DNA of 64,000 nucleotides from an uncultured Candidatus Binatia bacterium (GCA_965213675.1 OZ243916.1:3424001-3488000); one strand, 5' to 3'. Counted from the first letter of the stretch, positions 9,841 to 18,874 are shown. Made by a program: numbers and translations. The notes: a model not told the origin generated them from the sequence alone.

Positions 9841-9876
9841 TGGAAGACGCTTACGCTGCAATTGGAAGACGCTTAC
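9841..9876. promoter_or_regulatory. 14-bp direct repeat with 22-bp period in the divergent TPR/amt promoter region
   Basis: TGGAAGACGCTTAC at 9841-9854 and 9863-9876. Confidence 0.45.
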
Positions 9877-9970
9877 TCTACAAATGCGTCGAACACGGTG
9901 GTATCCTGACGGACAGGTTTACGCGAACGCTGCGGACGCCTTCCACAAGACACGGAGGAGGAACCCATTC

Positions 9971-11317
9971 ATGACGAGACAAGCGCGTATCGTGCGTCTA
10001 TCCATTGCCGTTGGGCTGGCGTCGGTGCTCTGGCCCGCCGTCGCGTTCGCGCTGGACGGCAGGGTGGACGGCAGCCCGGTGCCGGAGTGGCGCGTCACGG
10101 TGGATACGGTGTGGGTCTGCATTGCGGCCATGCTGGTGTTCCTCATGCAGGCGGGCTTCGCCATGATCGAGGGCGGGTTCATACGCGCCAAGAACACGGT
10201 CAACATCATGATGAAGAACGTGGGGGATTTCTCCATCGCCGCGCTGGGTTTCTGGATGCTGGGTTTCGGTATCATGTTCGGCGACGGCAACGACATCATG
10301 GGAACCACGGGATTCTTCACTTCGCCCGGTACGGGCGACCTGTACCCCTCCCTGGGCTGGACCTCCGTGCCGACCATGACGGCGTGGCTCTTTCACCTGA
10401 TGTTCTGCGCCACTGCTGCCACCATCGTGGCCGGCGCCATGGCGGAACGCACCAAATTCGTCAGTTATCTCATATTCAGTTTCTTCATTTCCCTCGTCTT
10501 CTATCCCATGGTGGGACACTGGGTGTGGGGCGGTGGCTGGCTTGCGAAGCTGGGCATGGTGGACTTCGCCGGCGGCACGGTCGTGCACTCCACCGGCGCC
10601 TGGTTCGCATTGGCGGGGGTGATCGTACTCGGACCCAGGGTCGGGAAATTCAGCGAGCGCGGCCTGCCGCAGGCGCTTCCAGGCCATAACATGATGATGG
10701 CGACCCTCGGGATGTTCGTCCTGTGGTTCGGCTGGTTCGGCTTCAACATGGGAAGCCTGATGAACAGCAACGTCTACGACATTGCGCTGGTCGCCGCCAA
10801 CACCGGCCTCGCGGGCGCCGCCGGCGTCATCGGCGCCACCGTGACGGCGTGGTTCCTCTTCGGAAAGCCCGACATCACCATGTCGCTCAACGGCGCGCTG
10901 GGCGCTCTGGTGGCCATCACCGCCGGCTGCGCCTACGTGGAACCGTGGGTCGCGGTCGTCTTCATGGGGTTCCTGCCGGGAGCCGTCGTGGTATTCTCCG
11001 TGCTGGCCTTCGACTGGATGCATGTGGACGACCCGGTGGGCGTCATATCCGTTCACGGCACCGGCGGCGTCCTCGGAACGCTTCTGGTGGGGCTGTTTCA
11101 CACCGAGGCCGGCCTGTTCTACGGCGGAGGTCCCAGCTTGCTGATGGCCCAGTTCGTCGGCGTGGTGGCCGTCTTCGCCTTCAGCGTGATCTGCGGCTTG
11201 GCGGTGTTCAGCCTGATCAAGCTGGTGGCGGGTCTGCGCGTCTCGCCACAAGCCGAGAGGGCCGGTCTGGACATGGCCGAACACGGCAACGACGCCTACC
11301 CCGAATTCCACGCATAG
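9971..11317 (+). CDS. amt: Ammonium transporter Amt
   Basis: FLMQAGFAMIEGG, DFAGGTVVH, LWFGWFGFN, DDPVGVISVHG; both pore histidines present. Confidence 0.96.
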   Translation: MTRQARIVRLSIAVGLASVLWPAVAFALDGRVDGSPVPEWRVTVDTVWVCIAAMLVFLMQAGFAMIEGGFIRAKNTVNIMMKNVGDFSIAALGFWMLGFGIMFGDGNDIMGTTGFFTSPGTGDLYPSLGWTSVPTMTAWLFHLMFCATAATIVAGAMAERTKFVSYLIFSFFISLVFYPMVGHWVWGGGWLAKLGMVDFAGGTVVHSTGAWFALAGVIVLGPRVGKFSERGLPQALPGHNMMMATLGMFVLWFGWFGFNMGSLMNSNVYDIALVAANTGLAGAAGVIGATVTAWFLFGKPDITMSLNGALGALVAITAGCAYVEPWVAVVFMGFLPGAVVVFSVLAFDWMHVDDPVGVISVHGTGGVLGTLLVGLFHTEAGLFYGGGPSLLMAQFVGVVAVFAFSVICGLAVFSLIKLVAGLRVSPQAERAGLDMAEHGNDAYPEFHA

Positions 11318-11390
11318 TTGGAACCGATGACGCTTCGCCGACCGGACCCAGGGGTTCCGGTCGGCGCGTTTCGCGGGCGCTGCACGGAGA

Positions 11391-11530
11391 CTGTCCCGAG
11401 CCTGTCGAAGGGCTCAGGACAGGCCTGCCAAGGGCTCGGAACGAAGAAAGGCACGACGGACAGGAGGGTTCGTGAAGGGTCTGCCGACTCTCTTCACCGT
11501 TCGTCCTGGGCGGAGCGAAGTCGAAGGGCG
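11391..11530. repeat. REP-like palindromes between convergent genes
   Basis: CTGTCCCGAGCCTGTCGAAGGGCTCAGGACAG hairpin and ...GCGAAGTCGAAGG, related to the inverted copy CCTTCGACTTCGC near 23275. Confidence 0.55.
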
Positions 11531-11579
11531 CCCTTCCGGCGCCGGCAAGGGACCAGAGCCTACCGGGGGGTGGCGCCCC

Positions 11580-12185
11580 TCAATTCAACCGGATGCGTAC
11601 GACCACGCCGCCCATCACGTCGCCGTCCTTGAAGTCCGTGCGCGGGCTGTCCGGATGGTTGTTGTGGCACCTCGCGCAGGCGGGTGAGGTTGCGATGCTG
11701 GCATAGACGGCGGTCAGTTGCTTGCTCCCGTCGATGGTCGTCTCCCGGCCGTAATAGGGCTTCGTCGGATTCGCGAGGACCGTTTCGAGTCCCATGTCCT
11801 CGGTGTCGGTGCGCGGCAAGTTGCCCTTCCTGAGGGGCCACTTGGAAATGAGCGCGAAGCTGAACCGGTCGCTCTGCTTGGCCGAGCGTTCCGAGGTCAT
11901 TCGAAACATCTGGGCCGGCAACGGCAATTTGTCATGTTCGGTGGGCCATTGCTCGCTGGCCCTGATGACCCCCGCGACATCCTGCAAGCGGTACACCACC
12001 TGATTGGAATAGATGGAGAGGGCGGACGACGCCGCGACGAACAATGCGTCGGCCATCATTTCCGGGGTTACCTCGGCCTTTTTCTCAACCACGACCTGGG
12101 GTTTCCTGTCACAGGAGACAAGCGTGGCGCCGAGCAGGGCGACGGCGATGCAGAGAAGACGTTGTCTGGTGGGAAAGTGTTTCAT
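11580..12185 (-). CDS. DUF3365/Tll0287-like c-type heme lipoprotein, paralog 1
   Basis: Lipobox LVSC; LPLPAQMFRM; CARCH heme motif; GDVMGGVVVRI end. Confidence 0.8.
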   Translation of the reverse strand: MKHFPTRQRLLCIAVALLGATLVSCDRKPQVVVEKKAEVTPEMMADALFVAASSALSIYSNQVVYRLQDVAGVIRASEQWPTEHDKLPLPAQMFRMTSERSAKQSDRFSFALISKWPLRKGNLPRTDTEDMGLETVLANPTKPYYGRETTIDGSKQLTAVYASIATSPACARCHNNHPDSPRTDFKDGDVMGGVVVRIRLN

Positions 12186-12334
12186 GGCTCCAGGTTCCTT
12201 CCCTGAGAGGCGAATCCCGCGTATCGTTGAAATGAGCTTCACCGACTCGGTTCATCAGGACCGGTTGGCCCAACGAATGCCCGTTAGCAAAGCCCGGTCC
12301 CGTGTGTCAATGGGAGCCTCGCCCGCAACTGGAT

Positions 12335-12463
12335 GATCCCACGCTGGCCGAGCATCCGCGTCGAGGGCCGGAACGGGGTTGGGCCAAGCCCTCACGAGGC
12401 CCGTTCCGTGGAAAGGGCGCTGTTCGACCCTCCGATTGCCGCGCGAATCGCCAGCGTGGCATC
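12335..12463 (+). mobile_element. ~130-bp miniature inverted-repeat element, family B, copy 1
   Basis: Ends GATCCCACGCTGG...CCAGCGTGGCATC; highly similar to the reverse complement of 45945-46074. Confidence 0.75.
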
Positions 12464-12613
12464 GTGCGCCGCTGGTTGGCCCCGTGGGCGCCTGCGAGAG
12501 TCCGGAGGCGTTCCGGATCGTGATGGCGGATGATTGCCGAGTCCAGGCGAAGGCGCGGATCCTGTCGCAACTCCCTCACGGGCGCTTGATCGCCGGCCCT
12601 TGACCGCGCGCGG

Positions 12614-13300
12614 TTACTGCAAGGGGATGCGAATGACGACGCCGCCCATCACGTCGCCCGCCTTGAAGTCCGTTCGCGGGCTGTTGGGATGGTTGTTGTG
12701 GCAGGACACGCAGGCGGGTGAAACCGCGACATCGGCATACACCGCGGTGAAGTGCTTGACGCCCCTGATGGTTTCCTCGCCATAGGCGGGCTTCGAGGCA
12801 TTCTCGGCGACACTGTCCAGTCCGGACCGCTCCACTTCGGTTTTGGGAGAGTTGTTCTTGTTGATGGGCCAATTGGACAGGAGGGCGTAGTTGAACGTAT
12901 CGGTCTGCTTGGCGACCAATTGCGCGCCCATGCGGAACATCTGGGCCGGCAGCGGGAGGTCCTTCCGGTCGTGCCAGTCCTCGCTGGCCGTGATCACCTC
13001 ATCCACATCCTGAAGACGGTAGACGACCTGATTCGAATAGACGTTGCGGTCGGCTGACATGAGCGCGAACAGCGCGTCCGCCATGACCCTCGGGGGAATC
13101 CCGGTGGGCGCGCTGTCCGAGTTTCCGTTCGATGCGCCGGAATGACTCGGTGGAGAAACCGCGGCCGACAGGCTGGATTCGTCCGAGGGCGCGCTGTCGC
13201 AGCCGGAAAGGCCCGCAACGAGCGCCATCAGGCTCACGAGGCACACCAGATGGACTCGTTGCGGCAAGGCTCGTGTCGACAAGTGTCTCATCAATCGCAT
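12614..13300 (-). CDS. DUF3365/Tll0287-like c-type heme lipoprotein, paralog 2
   Basis: Lipobox LSGC; LPLPAQMFRM; CVSCH heme motif; strongly similar to 11580-12185. Confidence 0.8.
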   Translation of the reverse strand: MRLMRHLSTRALPQRVHLVCLVSLMALVAGLSGCDSAPSDESSLSAAVSPPSHSGASNGNSDSAPTGIPPRVMADALFALMSADRNVYSNQVVYRLQDVDEVITASEDWHDRKDLPLPAQMFRMGAQLVAKQTDTFNYALLSNWPINKNNSPKTEVERSGLDSVAENASKPAYGEETIRGVKHFTAVYADVAVSPACVSCHNNHPNSPRTDFKAGDVMGGVVIRIPLQ

Positions 13301-13403
13301 GATACCTTCGCGTAACAAACACGTTTGCCGCTGTCAACGAAATTGGCATCTGGAATTCAAGAAAATGCAAAGAAAATACAAATAAAATAGAAACGTATGC
13401 CGT

Positions 13404-13418
13404 AGCATGTAACATGCT
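13404..13418. promoter_or_regulatory. Palindrome in AT-rich upstream region of the heme-protein pair
   Basis: AGCATGT-A-ACATGCT next to an A-tract-rich segment (about 13360-13393). Confidence 0.4.
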
Positions 13419-13533
13419 GCTACAGATGTTGCACTTTGCACTAATCGCGATATTATTTTGATTCCGCCGGGGGCTAATGGTCGTTAAAAATCACTTGTGC
13501 CATAGGCGGACACGAACGAACCGCGACGCTTGA

Positions 13534-13645
13534 AGGAGACGGAACGGGAGAAGGGACAGAATACGGGTTGGGAGCCGGAATGGGAGACGGAACAGAAGAC
13601 GGAACAGGACAGGGGACAGGAGAAGGAACGGTAGACGGAACCGGC
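13534..13645. repeat. Degenerate purine-rich 6/12-bp tandem repeat
   Basis: Recurrent GACGGAAC(A/G)G / GGGACAG units downstream of the NYN gene. Confidence 0.65.
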
Positions 13646-13688
13646 GGCCGTGGGCACTCGACGGGAGACGAGGAAACGGGGCGGCGGG

Positions 13689-14204
13689 TCACAGCTTGGC
13701 GAGGCGTTGGCGGCGCGCCCGCTCGGTCTTGGAAGGCTGCCGCGGGTTACCCTTCTTGCGCCGGTCAAGGCTGCCGGGAAAAGGCTCGTCGCCGGTGGCA
13801 TCCTCCTCGGACTCGGCCGCGTCCGGGTCCAACCGCAACTTCGCGAGGAACTCGTTGACGTACACGGCCACCGCCCCGCCGTTCTCCACGCTGCGGCGCA
13901 GGTCCCGGTCGGAGGTCACCACGACGCATGAGTTCCCGATCTCGCGGGCCAGGCGCTCGATCACCGCATCGGCCTTCTCGCCGTAGCGGGAGAACACCAC
14001 TGTCACGTCGCCTGCCTGCTGCCGCGTCTCTTCAATGCGTCCGTTGCGCCAACCGTCGAAGACCGTGGTCACCAAGTGCCCCGTGCGCGCCCGGTACGCC
14101 GCCATCTCCTTGACGAGCGCCGTGCGTTTCGGCTCCAGGTCGCCGCGCAACCCTTGTTCACTGCCGATGACGTTGTAGCCGTCTACGACGATATGGAACG
14201 GCAT
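13689..14204 (-). CDS. NYN domain (YacP/Rae1-like) ribonuclease
   Basis: IVVDGYNVI, TVFDG, KADAVIE, VVTSDRDL PIN-like motifs. Confidence 0.9.
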   Translation of the reverse strand: MPFHIVVDGYNVIGSEQGLRGDLEPKRTALVKEMAAYRARTGHLVTTVFDGWRNGRIEETRQQAGDVTVVFSRYGEKADAVIERLAREIGNSCVVVTSDRDLRRSVENGGAVAVYVNEFLAKLRLDPDAAESEEDATGDEPFPGSLDRRKKGNPRQPSKTERARRQRLAKL

Positions 14205-14546
14205 GGGTGCTCTCTCCGTGGGATTGGAAGTGTCGAACTTGTCAGAAACTTGTCGGAATATAGCCGTTCCGGCCCTTTGCCGCGAATGCCTGTCCTTGTC
14301 GAGGAATGGTCCTCCCTGCCTTTCCGGACCTCGATTGACACGGACACGCGTTGCGGCCTATCTTGATCGCGGTTGAACGGCGCAAACCCCAATCTTGCAG
14401 AAGCCGGAAGCCAGGAGAGGATCGGGAGGCAAGTGGGATGGGATTGGCAGGGGGAGGGGATCTGCAAGGGAGGAGGGGATTGTTGGGGAATGTCGCTGTA
14501 GGTGAAGTTGACTGGCAGAGTCGGGTTATCGGAAAACTTTCGAAGC

Positions 14547-14641
14547 GTCATTCCCGCGAACGCGGGAATCCAGAGCGAGGGACCCACTGGCCGGTGTCCC
14601 CGCCCAGGCCCCGCCTGGATTCCCGCGTTCGCGGGAATGAC
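14547..14641. repeat. dRS3-like palindromic cassette (ATTCCC-N8-GGGAAT pair)
   Basis: GTCATTCCCGCGAACGCGGGAATCCAG...CTGGATTCCCGCGTTCGCGGGAATGAC; same family as cassettes at 16.9-17.7 kb. Confidence 0.85.
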
Positions 14642-14841
14642 TTTCCGTAGGCCGTGTCTCGAACCGCTCCCCGCGAACCATTTGCGCGGGGATGACGCTT
14701 CGTAGGCCGTGTCCCGAATCGATCCCCACGAACCTTTTGCAACATTGGGGTAAACGGTGCAGACAGAGCTGTCTGGAGACAGACAGCGACAGACAGCGAC
14801 AGACGATCTCATCCAACATCCCGCATTATTCGAGTCATGCC

Positions 14842-15594
14842 ATGAAAGTACGTGAACGCATTCTTACGCCCGAGAGAGACGGCATCTACGGTTATCTGGC
14901 CGCGCCGGAAAGGGACCAGCCGGGGCCGGCGCTGCTCATGACGCACCAGAACACCGGCGTCACCGACTACATCAAGATCGAGGCGTTGAAGTTCGCCCAC
15001 CTCGGCTACACGGTGGTGATTCCGGACCTGTACTCGATGTTGGGCTACCCTGACGTGACCCACATCCACACCGGCCGGCAGATCCAGGCGCGCACCCGGG
15101 ACGGCGAGTTCGTACGGGTGATCCGGCAGGGCTGGGACTACCTCACTTCGCGAAGCGACGTGGACGCCGGCCGCGTGGCCGTGTCCGGGTACTGTATGGG
15201 CGGGCGCATCGCCATCCACTTCGTCGCGGCGACCCCGGAGGTCCGGGCCTTTGTCGGCTACTACCCCACCATTCGGGACGAACCGGCGACGGAAATCAGG
15301 CCCGTTCATCCGTGTGACGCCGCGCGCCGCATCCAGTGTCCGTCCATCATCCTCTACGGCGTGAACGACCGCATCTCCACCGTGCCCATCCAGCAGCGGG
15401 TGTGGGAAAGCTTCCTCGCCAACGGTCAACCGTTGGAGTGGCACTTCTTTCCTTTCGGCGGCCACGGCTTCGTCGACCCCGGCACCGAGGGCTACCACCC
15501 CCACACCGCCCGTCTCTCCTATCCCCTGGTGGTGGACTTCATGGGCCGGGAGCTCGGCAACGAGGTCGATGGCCTGACGTTCTCGGGAAACTGA
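14842..15594 (+). CDS. Dienelactone hydrolase family protein
   Basis: GYCMGG nucleophile motif, YGVND and GHGF triad positions. Confidence 0.9.
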   Translation: MKVRERILTPERDGIYGYLAAPERDQPGPALLMTHQNTGVTDYIKIEALKFAHLGYTVVIPDLYSMLGYPDVTHIHTGRQIQARTRDGEFVRVIRQGWDYLTSRSDVDAGRVAVSGYCMGGRIAIHFVAATPEVRAFVGYYPTIRDEPATEIRPVHPCDAARRIQCPSIILYGVNDRISTVPIQQRVWESFLANGQPLEWHFFPFGGHGFVDPGTEGYHPHTARLSYPLVVDFMGRELGNEVDGLTFSGN

Positions 15595-15687
15595 ACCACT
15601 GGCACCGCGCCGCAGTCCGGCATCGCATGACCGCCGTGTCTTCCAGCCCACATGTTTCGACAAAACCGAGAAAGCGAGTTGCCCCTC

Positions 15688-16851
15688 ATGTTCCACAAGG
15701 CCAAACGCATTCAGGAATTACCGCCTTATCTGTTCGCGGAGATCGACCGGAAGAAACGCGCCGCCTTGGCCAAGGGCGTCGACCTCATCGACCTGGGCAT
15801 CGGCGACCCCGACATCCCCACGCCGGGAAGGATCATTCAGAGGCTCACGGAAACCGTGACGCAACCGGCCAACCACCGCTATCCCAGCAGCGCGGGCATG
15901 ATGGAGTTCCGCCAGGCGGTGGCGGACTGGTACGACCGGCGGTTCGGCGTGACGCTGGACCCCGCCACCGAAGTGGTGTCGCTCATCGGCTCCAAGGAGG
16001 GCGTGGCCAACATGGCGGTGGCTTACGTGGACCCCGGCGATGTGGTGCTGGCGCCCACCCCGGCCTACCCCGTTTACGCCATCGGCACCCGGTTCAACGG
16101 CGGCGACGTACACTTTCTGCCGTTGACGCGCGACAACGGTTTCCTGCCGGATCTCGCCGGCATTCCCGCCAGCGTGCTCAAGCGGGCCAAGATGCTGTGG
16201 ATCAACTACCCCAACAACCCCACCGGAGCGGTGGCGGACGAGAGCTTCTTCAGGGACGCGGTGGAGTTCGCCCACAAGCACGGCATCATCCTGTGCCATG
16301 ACGCCGCGTATACCGAGTTGGGCTTCGACGGGTACCGTGCGCCGAGCATCCTGCAGGTGGACGGCGCCAAGGAGGTCGCCATTGAGTTTCACAGCCTCTC
16401 CAAGACCTTCAACATGACCGGCTGGCGCATCGCCATGGCGGTGGGCAGTCCGGAGTTGGTGGGCACTCTGGCGCAGGTGAAGGGCAACGTGGACTCGGGC
16501 GTCTTCCAACCGGTGCAGGAGGCGGCCATCGTCGCCCTCCAGCACGCGGAGGAGTTCCTTGAGCCCATCCGGCAAGTGTACCAGGAGCGGCGCGACGCGG
16601 TGGTGGACGGCCTGCAGCGCGCGGGGTTCGAGCTGCCCGCGCCCCGGGCCACCTTCTACGTCTGGCTGCCCGTGCCCGGGGGATGGACTTCCACGGATTT
16701 CGCCGCGCGCCTGCTCGACGAGGCCGGTATCGTCGCCACTCCCGGCAACGGTTTCGGAGATCCCGGCGAGGGCTTCATCCGCATGACCCTGTGCTCCCCG
16801 GCCGAGCGGTTGCGGGAAGCGGTGGAGCGGCTCCAGCAACTCAGCCTGTAG
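15688..16851 (+). CDS. dapL: LL-diaminopimelate aminotransferase (class I PLP aminotransferase)
   Basis: LPPYLFAEID start, LIGSKEG, NYPNNPTG, HDAAY, SLSKTFNMTGWR. Confidence 0.82.
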   Translation: MFHKAKRIQELPPYLFAEIDRKKRAALAKGVDLIDLGIGDPDIPTPGRIIQRLTETVTQPANHRYPSSAGMMEFRQAVADWYDRRFGVTLDPATEVVSLIGSKEGVANMAVAYVDPGDVVLAPTPAYPVYAIGTRFNGGDVHFLPLTRDNGFLPDLAGIPASVLKRAKMLWINYPNNPTGAVADESFFRDAVEFAHKHGIILCHDAAYTELGFDGYRAPSILQVDGAKEVAIEFHSLSKTFNMTGWRIAMAVGSPELVGTLAQVKGNVDSGVFQPVQEAAIVALQHAEEFLEPIRQVYQERRDAVVDGLQRAGFELPAPRATFYVWLPVPGGWTSTDFAARLLDEAGIVATPGNGFGDPGEGFIRMTLCSPAERLREAVERLQQLSL

Positions 16852-16857
16852 CGTTCT

Positions 16858-17730
16858 CCCCAGTGCTGCAGAAGCTGGAATCCAGAGCGATGGACCCACC
16901 GGCGGTGTCCCTGCCCCCGCCCCGCCTGGATTCCCGCCCCCGATCGGGGTCGAGGGCAAGCTTTCGCGGGAATGACATTTCGTAGGCTGTGTTTCGGTTC
17001 GCTGGCCACGAACTTTTTGCAACATTGCGGTCAACTAACAGATTTTTGCAAGCTTGGGGTCAAGCTTGGGGTCAATTCACAGATCGTTGCAGTATTGGGG
17101 CCAATACACGGCTCATTGCGACGTTGGGGTCAACTAACAGCCTTTTGCAGCATTGGAGTGGGGTCATCGTAAATCTTACGAAATGTCATTCCCGCGAAAG
17201 CGGGAATCCAGGCGGGGCGGGGGTGGGGAAACCGCGAGTTGGCCCGTCTGCCTGGATTCCCGCCCCCGATCGGGGTCGAGGGCAAGCTTTCGCGGGAATG
17301 ACGCTTCGTAGGCTGTGTTTCGAATCGCTGTCCACGAACTTTTTTGCAACATTGCGGTCAACTAACAGATTTTTGCAAGCTTGGGGCCAACTCACAGCTC
17401 TTTGTGACATTGGGGTCAATTCACAGTTTTTTGCAAGTTTGGGGTTAATTCACAGATCGTTGCAGTATTGGGGCCAATACACGGCTCTTTGCAACGTTGG
17501 AGTCAACTCACGGCTTTTTGCAGCATTGGAGTGGGGTTATCGGAAATTTTACGACACGTCATTCCCGCGAAAGCGGGAATCCAGGCGGGGCTTGGGCGGG
17601 GATACCGCGAGTTGGCCCGTCTGCCTGGATTCCCGCCCCCGATCGGGGTCGAGGGCAAGCTTTCGCGGGAATGACGTGTCGTAGACTGTGTTTCGAATCG
17701 CTGTCCACGAACTTTTTTGCAACACTAGGG
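16858..17730. repeat. Composite repeat: three dRS3-like cassettes alternating with 29-bp tandem arrays
   Basis: Cassettes at about 16877-16976, 17185-17302 and 17558-17675; 29-bp units at about 17017-17155 and 17344-17530; bounded by imperfect IR CCCCAGTGCTGCAGAAG / CTTTTTTGCAACACTAGGG. Confidence 0.88.
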
Positions 17731-17930
17731 TTCTGCCGGTTCGTCCGCATGATGACATGCGGACGATGATTCGCGGATGACGGTTCGTCGTCGGTCGCGC
17801 GCGACGACCGGCCGCGCGCGACGACGAGCCATGCGGGGGCTAGGCGAGGAATGCCCCGGGCTGGGGCGGTGTACTCAGCCCACGGCGTAAGGAATCCCAT
17901 GCGGATGAACGGGACAGGACGCCAACGCCC

Positions 17931-18470
17931 GTGACGCATCGTGCCTACATCGGGGTGGGCTCCAACCAGGGAGACAAGGAGCGAAACTGCCGCCGCGCCG
18001 TCGAAGAGATGGGGAAGTTCCCGGAGACACGGGTGTGTGCGGTATCGTCCTGGTTCGCCACCGAGCCTTGGGGCGCGGCGAGCACCGAATGGTACGTCAA
18101 CGGGGTGGCCGCCATTGACACGGGCCTGGAACCGAATGTCCTGCTGCAACAATGCCAGACGCTCGAGCGGAAGATGGGTCGCCCGGCCACGCGCCCGCGC
18201 TGGGCGGATCGTGTCATCGATCTGGACATCCTGTTCCATGATGATAGGGTGTTGGAAGGACCCGAGTTGATCGTTCCGCACCCGGAACTCCACCGGCGCC
18301 GATTCGTGCTCGCTCCGCTCTGCGAGCTTGCGCCGGAATTGAAGCACCCGCGCCTGGGAATCCGCATCCGGGAGCTGCTGGACCAATTGGATGACGGAAA
18401 ACGGGTGCGCGAGATCGCCGGTCACGACGCGCGGGAGACGCCTCGACCACCGACGGTGCCGATGAGATGA
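17931..18470 (+). CDS. folK: 2-amino-4-hydroxy-6-hydroxymethyldihydropteridine diphosphokinase
   Basis: AYIGVGSNQG, RWADRVIDLDIL, VPHPELHRRRFVL. Confidence 0.95.
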   Translation: MTHRAYIGVGSNQGDKERNCRRAVEEMGKFPETRVCAVSSWFATEPWGAASTEWYVNGVAAIDTGLEPNVLLQQCQTLERKMGRPATRPRWADRVIDLDILFHDDRVLEGPELIVPHPELHRRRFVLAPLCELAPELKHPRLGIRIRELLDQLDDGKRVREIAGHDARETPRPPTVPMR

Positions 18471-18694
18471 TCCTCAAGTTCCTCATACTGGGCCTGCTCG
18501 TCTACCTCTTCATCGTGCTGTTCTACTCGAGCCTCAAACGCAAGGGGAGCAACCGCGACCCCTCCGAGGGCGACTCCATGGTGCTGGACCCCCACTGCAA
18601 GAGCTACGTGCCCAAGAACGACGCCTACCGCTCCGCCGGCCACTACTTCTGCAGCGAAGAGTGCGCCCGCGCCCACGCCGCCCAACAGGTCTGA
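18467..18694 (+). CDS. Small membrane-anchored metal-binding protein (PP0621/TRASH-like)
   Basis: N-terminal TM, MVLDPHCKSYVP...YFCSEEC; ATGA overlap with folK. Confidence 0.78.
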   Translation: MILKFLILGLLVYLFIVLFYSSLKRKGSNRDPSEGDSMVLDPHCKSYVPKNDAYRSAGHYFCSEECARAHAAQQV

Positions 18695-18712
18695 GTTCCG
18701 CCCCGATGTTGC

Positions 18713-18874
18713 CAGTGTGGTGTCTGGTTAATTCGCGTCATAATCTGCGGGTCTTATTCGCCGTCGGCTGCGTTGCTCTTCCTCGCGTGGTACCCGCCAC
18801 TGCTCGTCATCGCGCCTTGCCGACGACAAAAATCCTCCGCAGATTATGACGCGAATTATCCAGACACCACACTA
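18713..18874 (+). mobile_element. ~163-bp hairpin miniature element (family A), copy 1
   Basis: Arms AGTGTGGTGTCTGGTTAATTCGCGTCATAATCTGCGG and their inverse; nearly identical to 23055-23217 and 44358-44520. Confidence 0.88.

Noticed and set aside
13474-13858. Pro/Ser-rich or Gly/Thr-rich small proteins
   Set aside because: They are translations of the microsatellite and overlap the NYN gene; no independent coding evidence
17087-17525. Array of sigma54 promoters (CAC...TTGCA)
   Set aside because: The -24 GG is absent at the required 10-nt spacing
17017-17530. CRISPR array
   Set aside because: Units are head-to-tail and degenerate with no unique spacers, and no cas genes are present in the window
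16972-17769. ORFs containing VIPAKAGIQ / WIPA motifs
   Set aside because: These are read-throughs of the palindromic repeats, not credible genes
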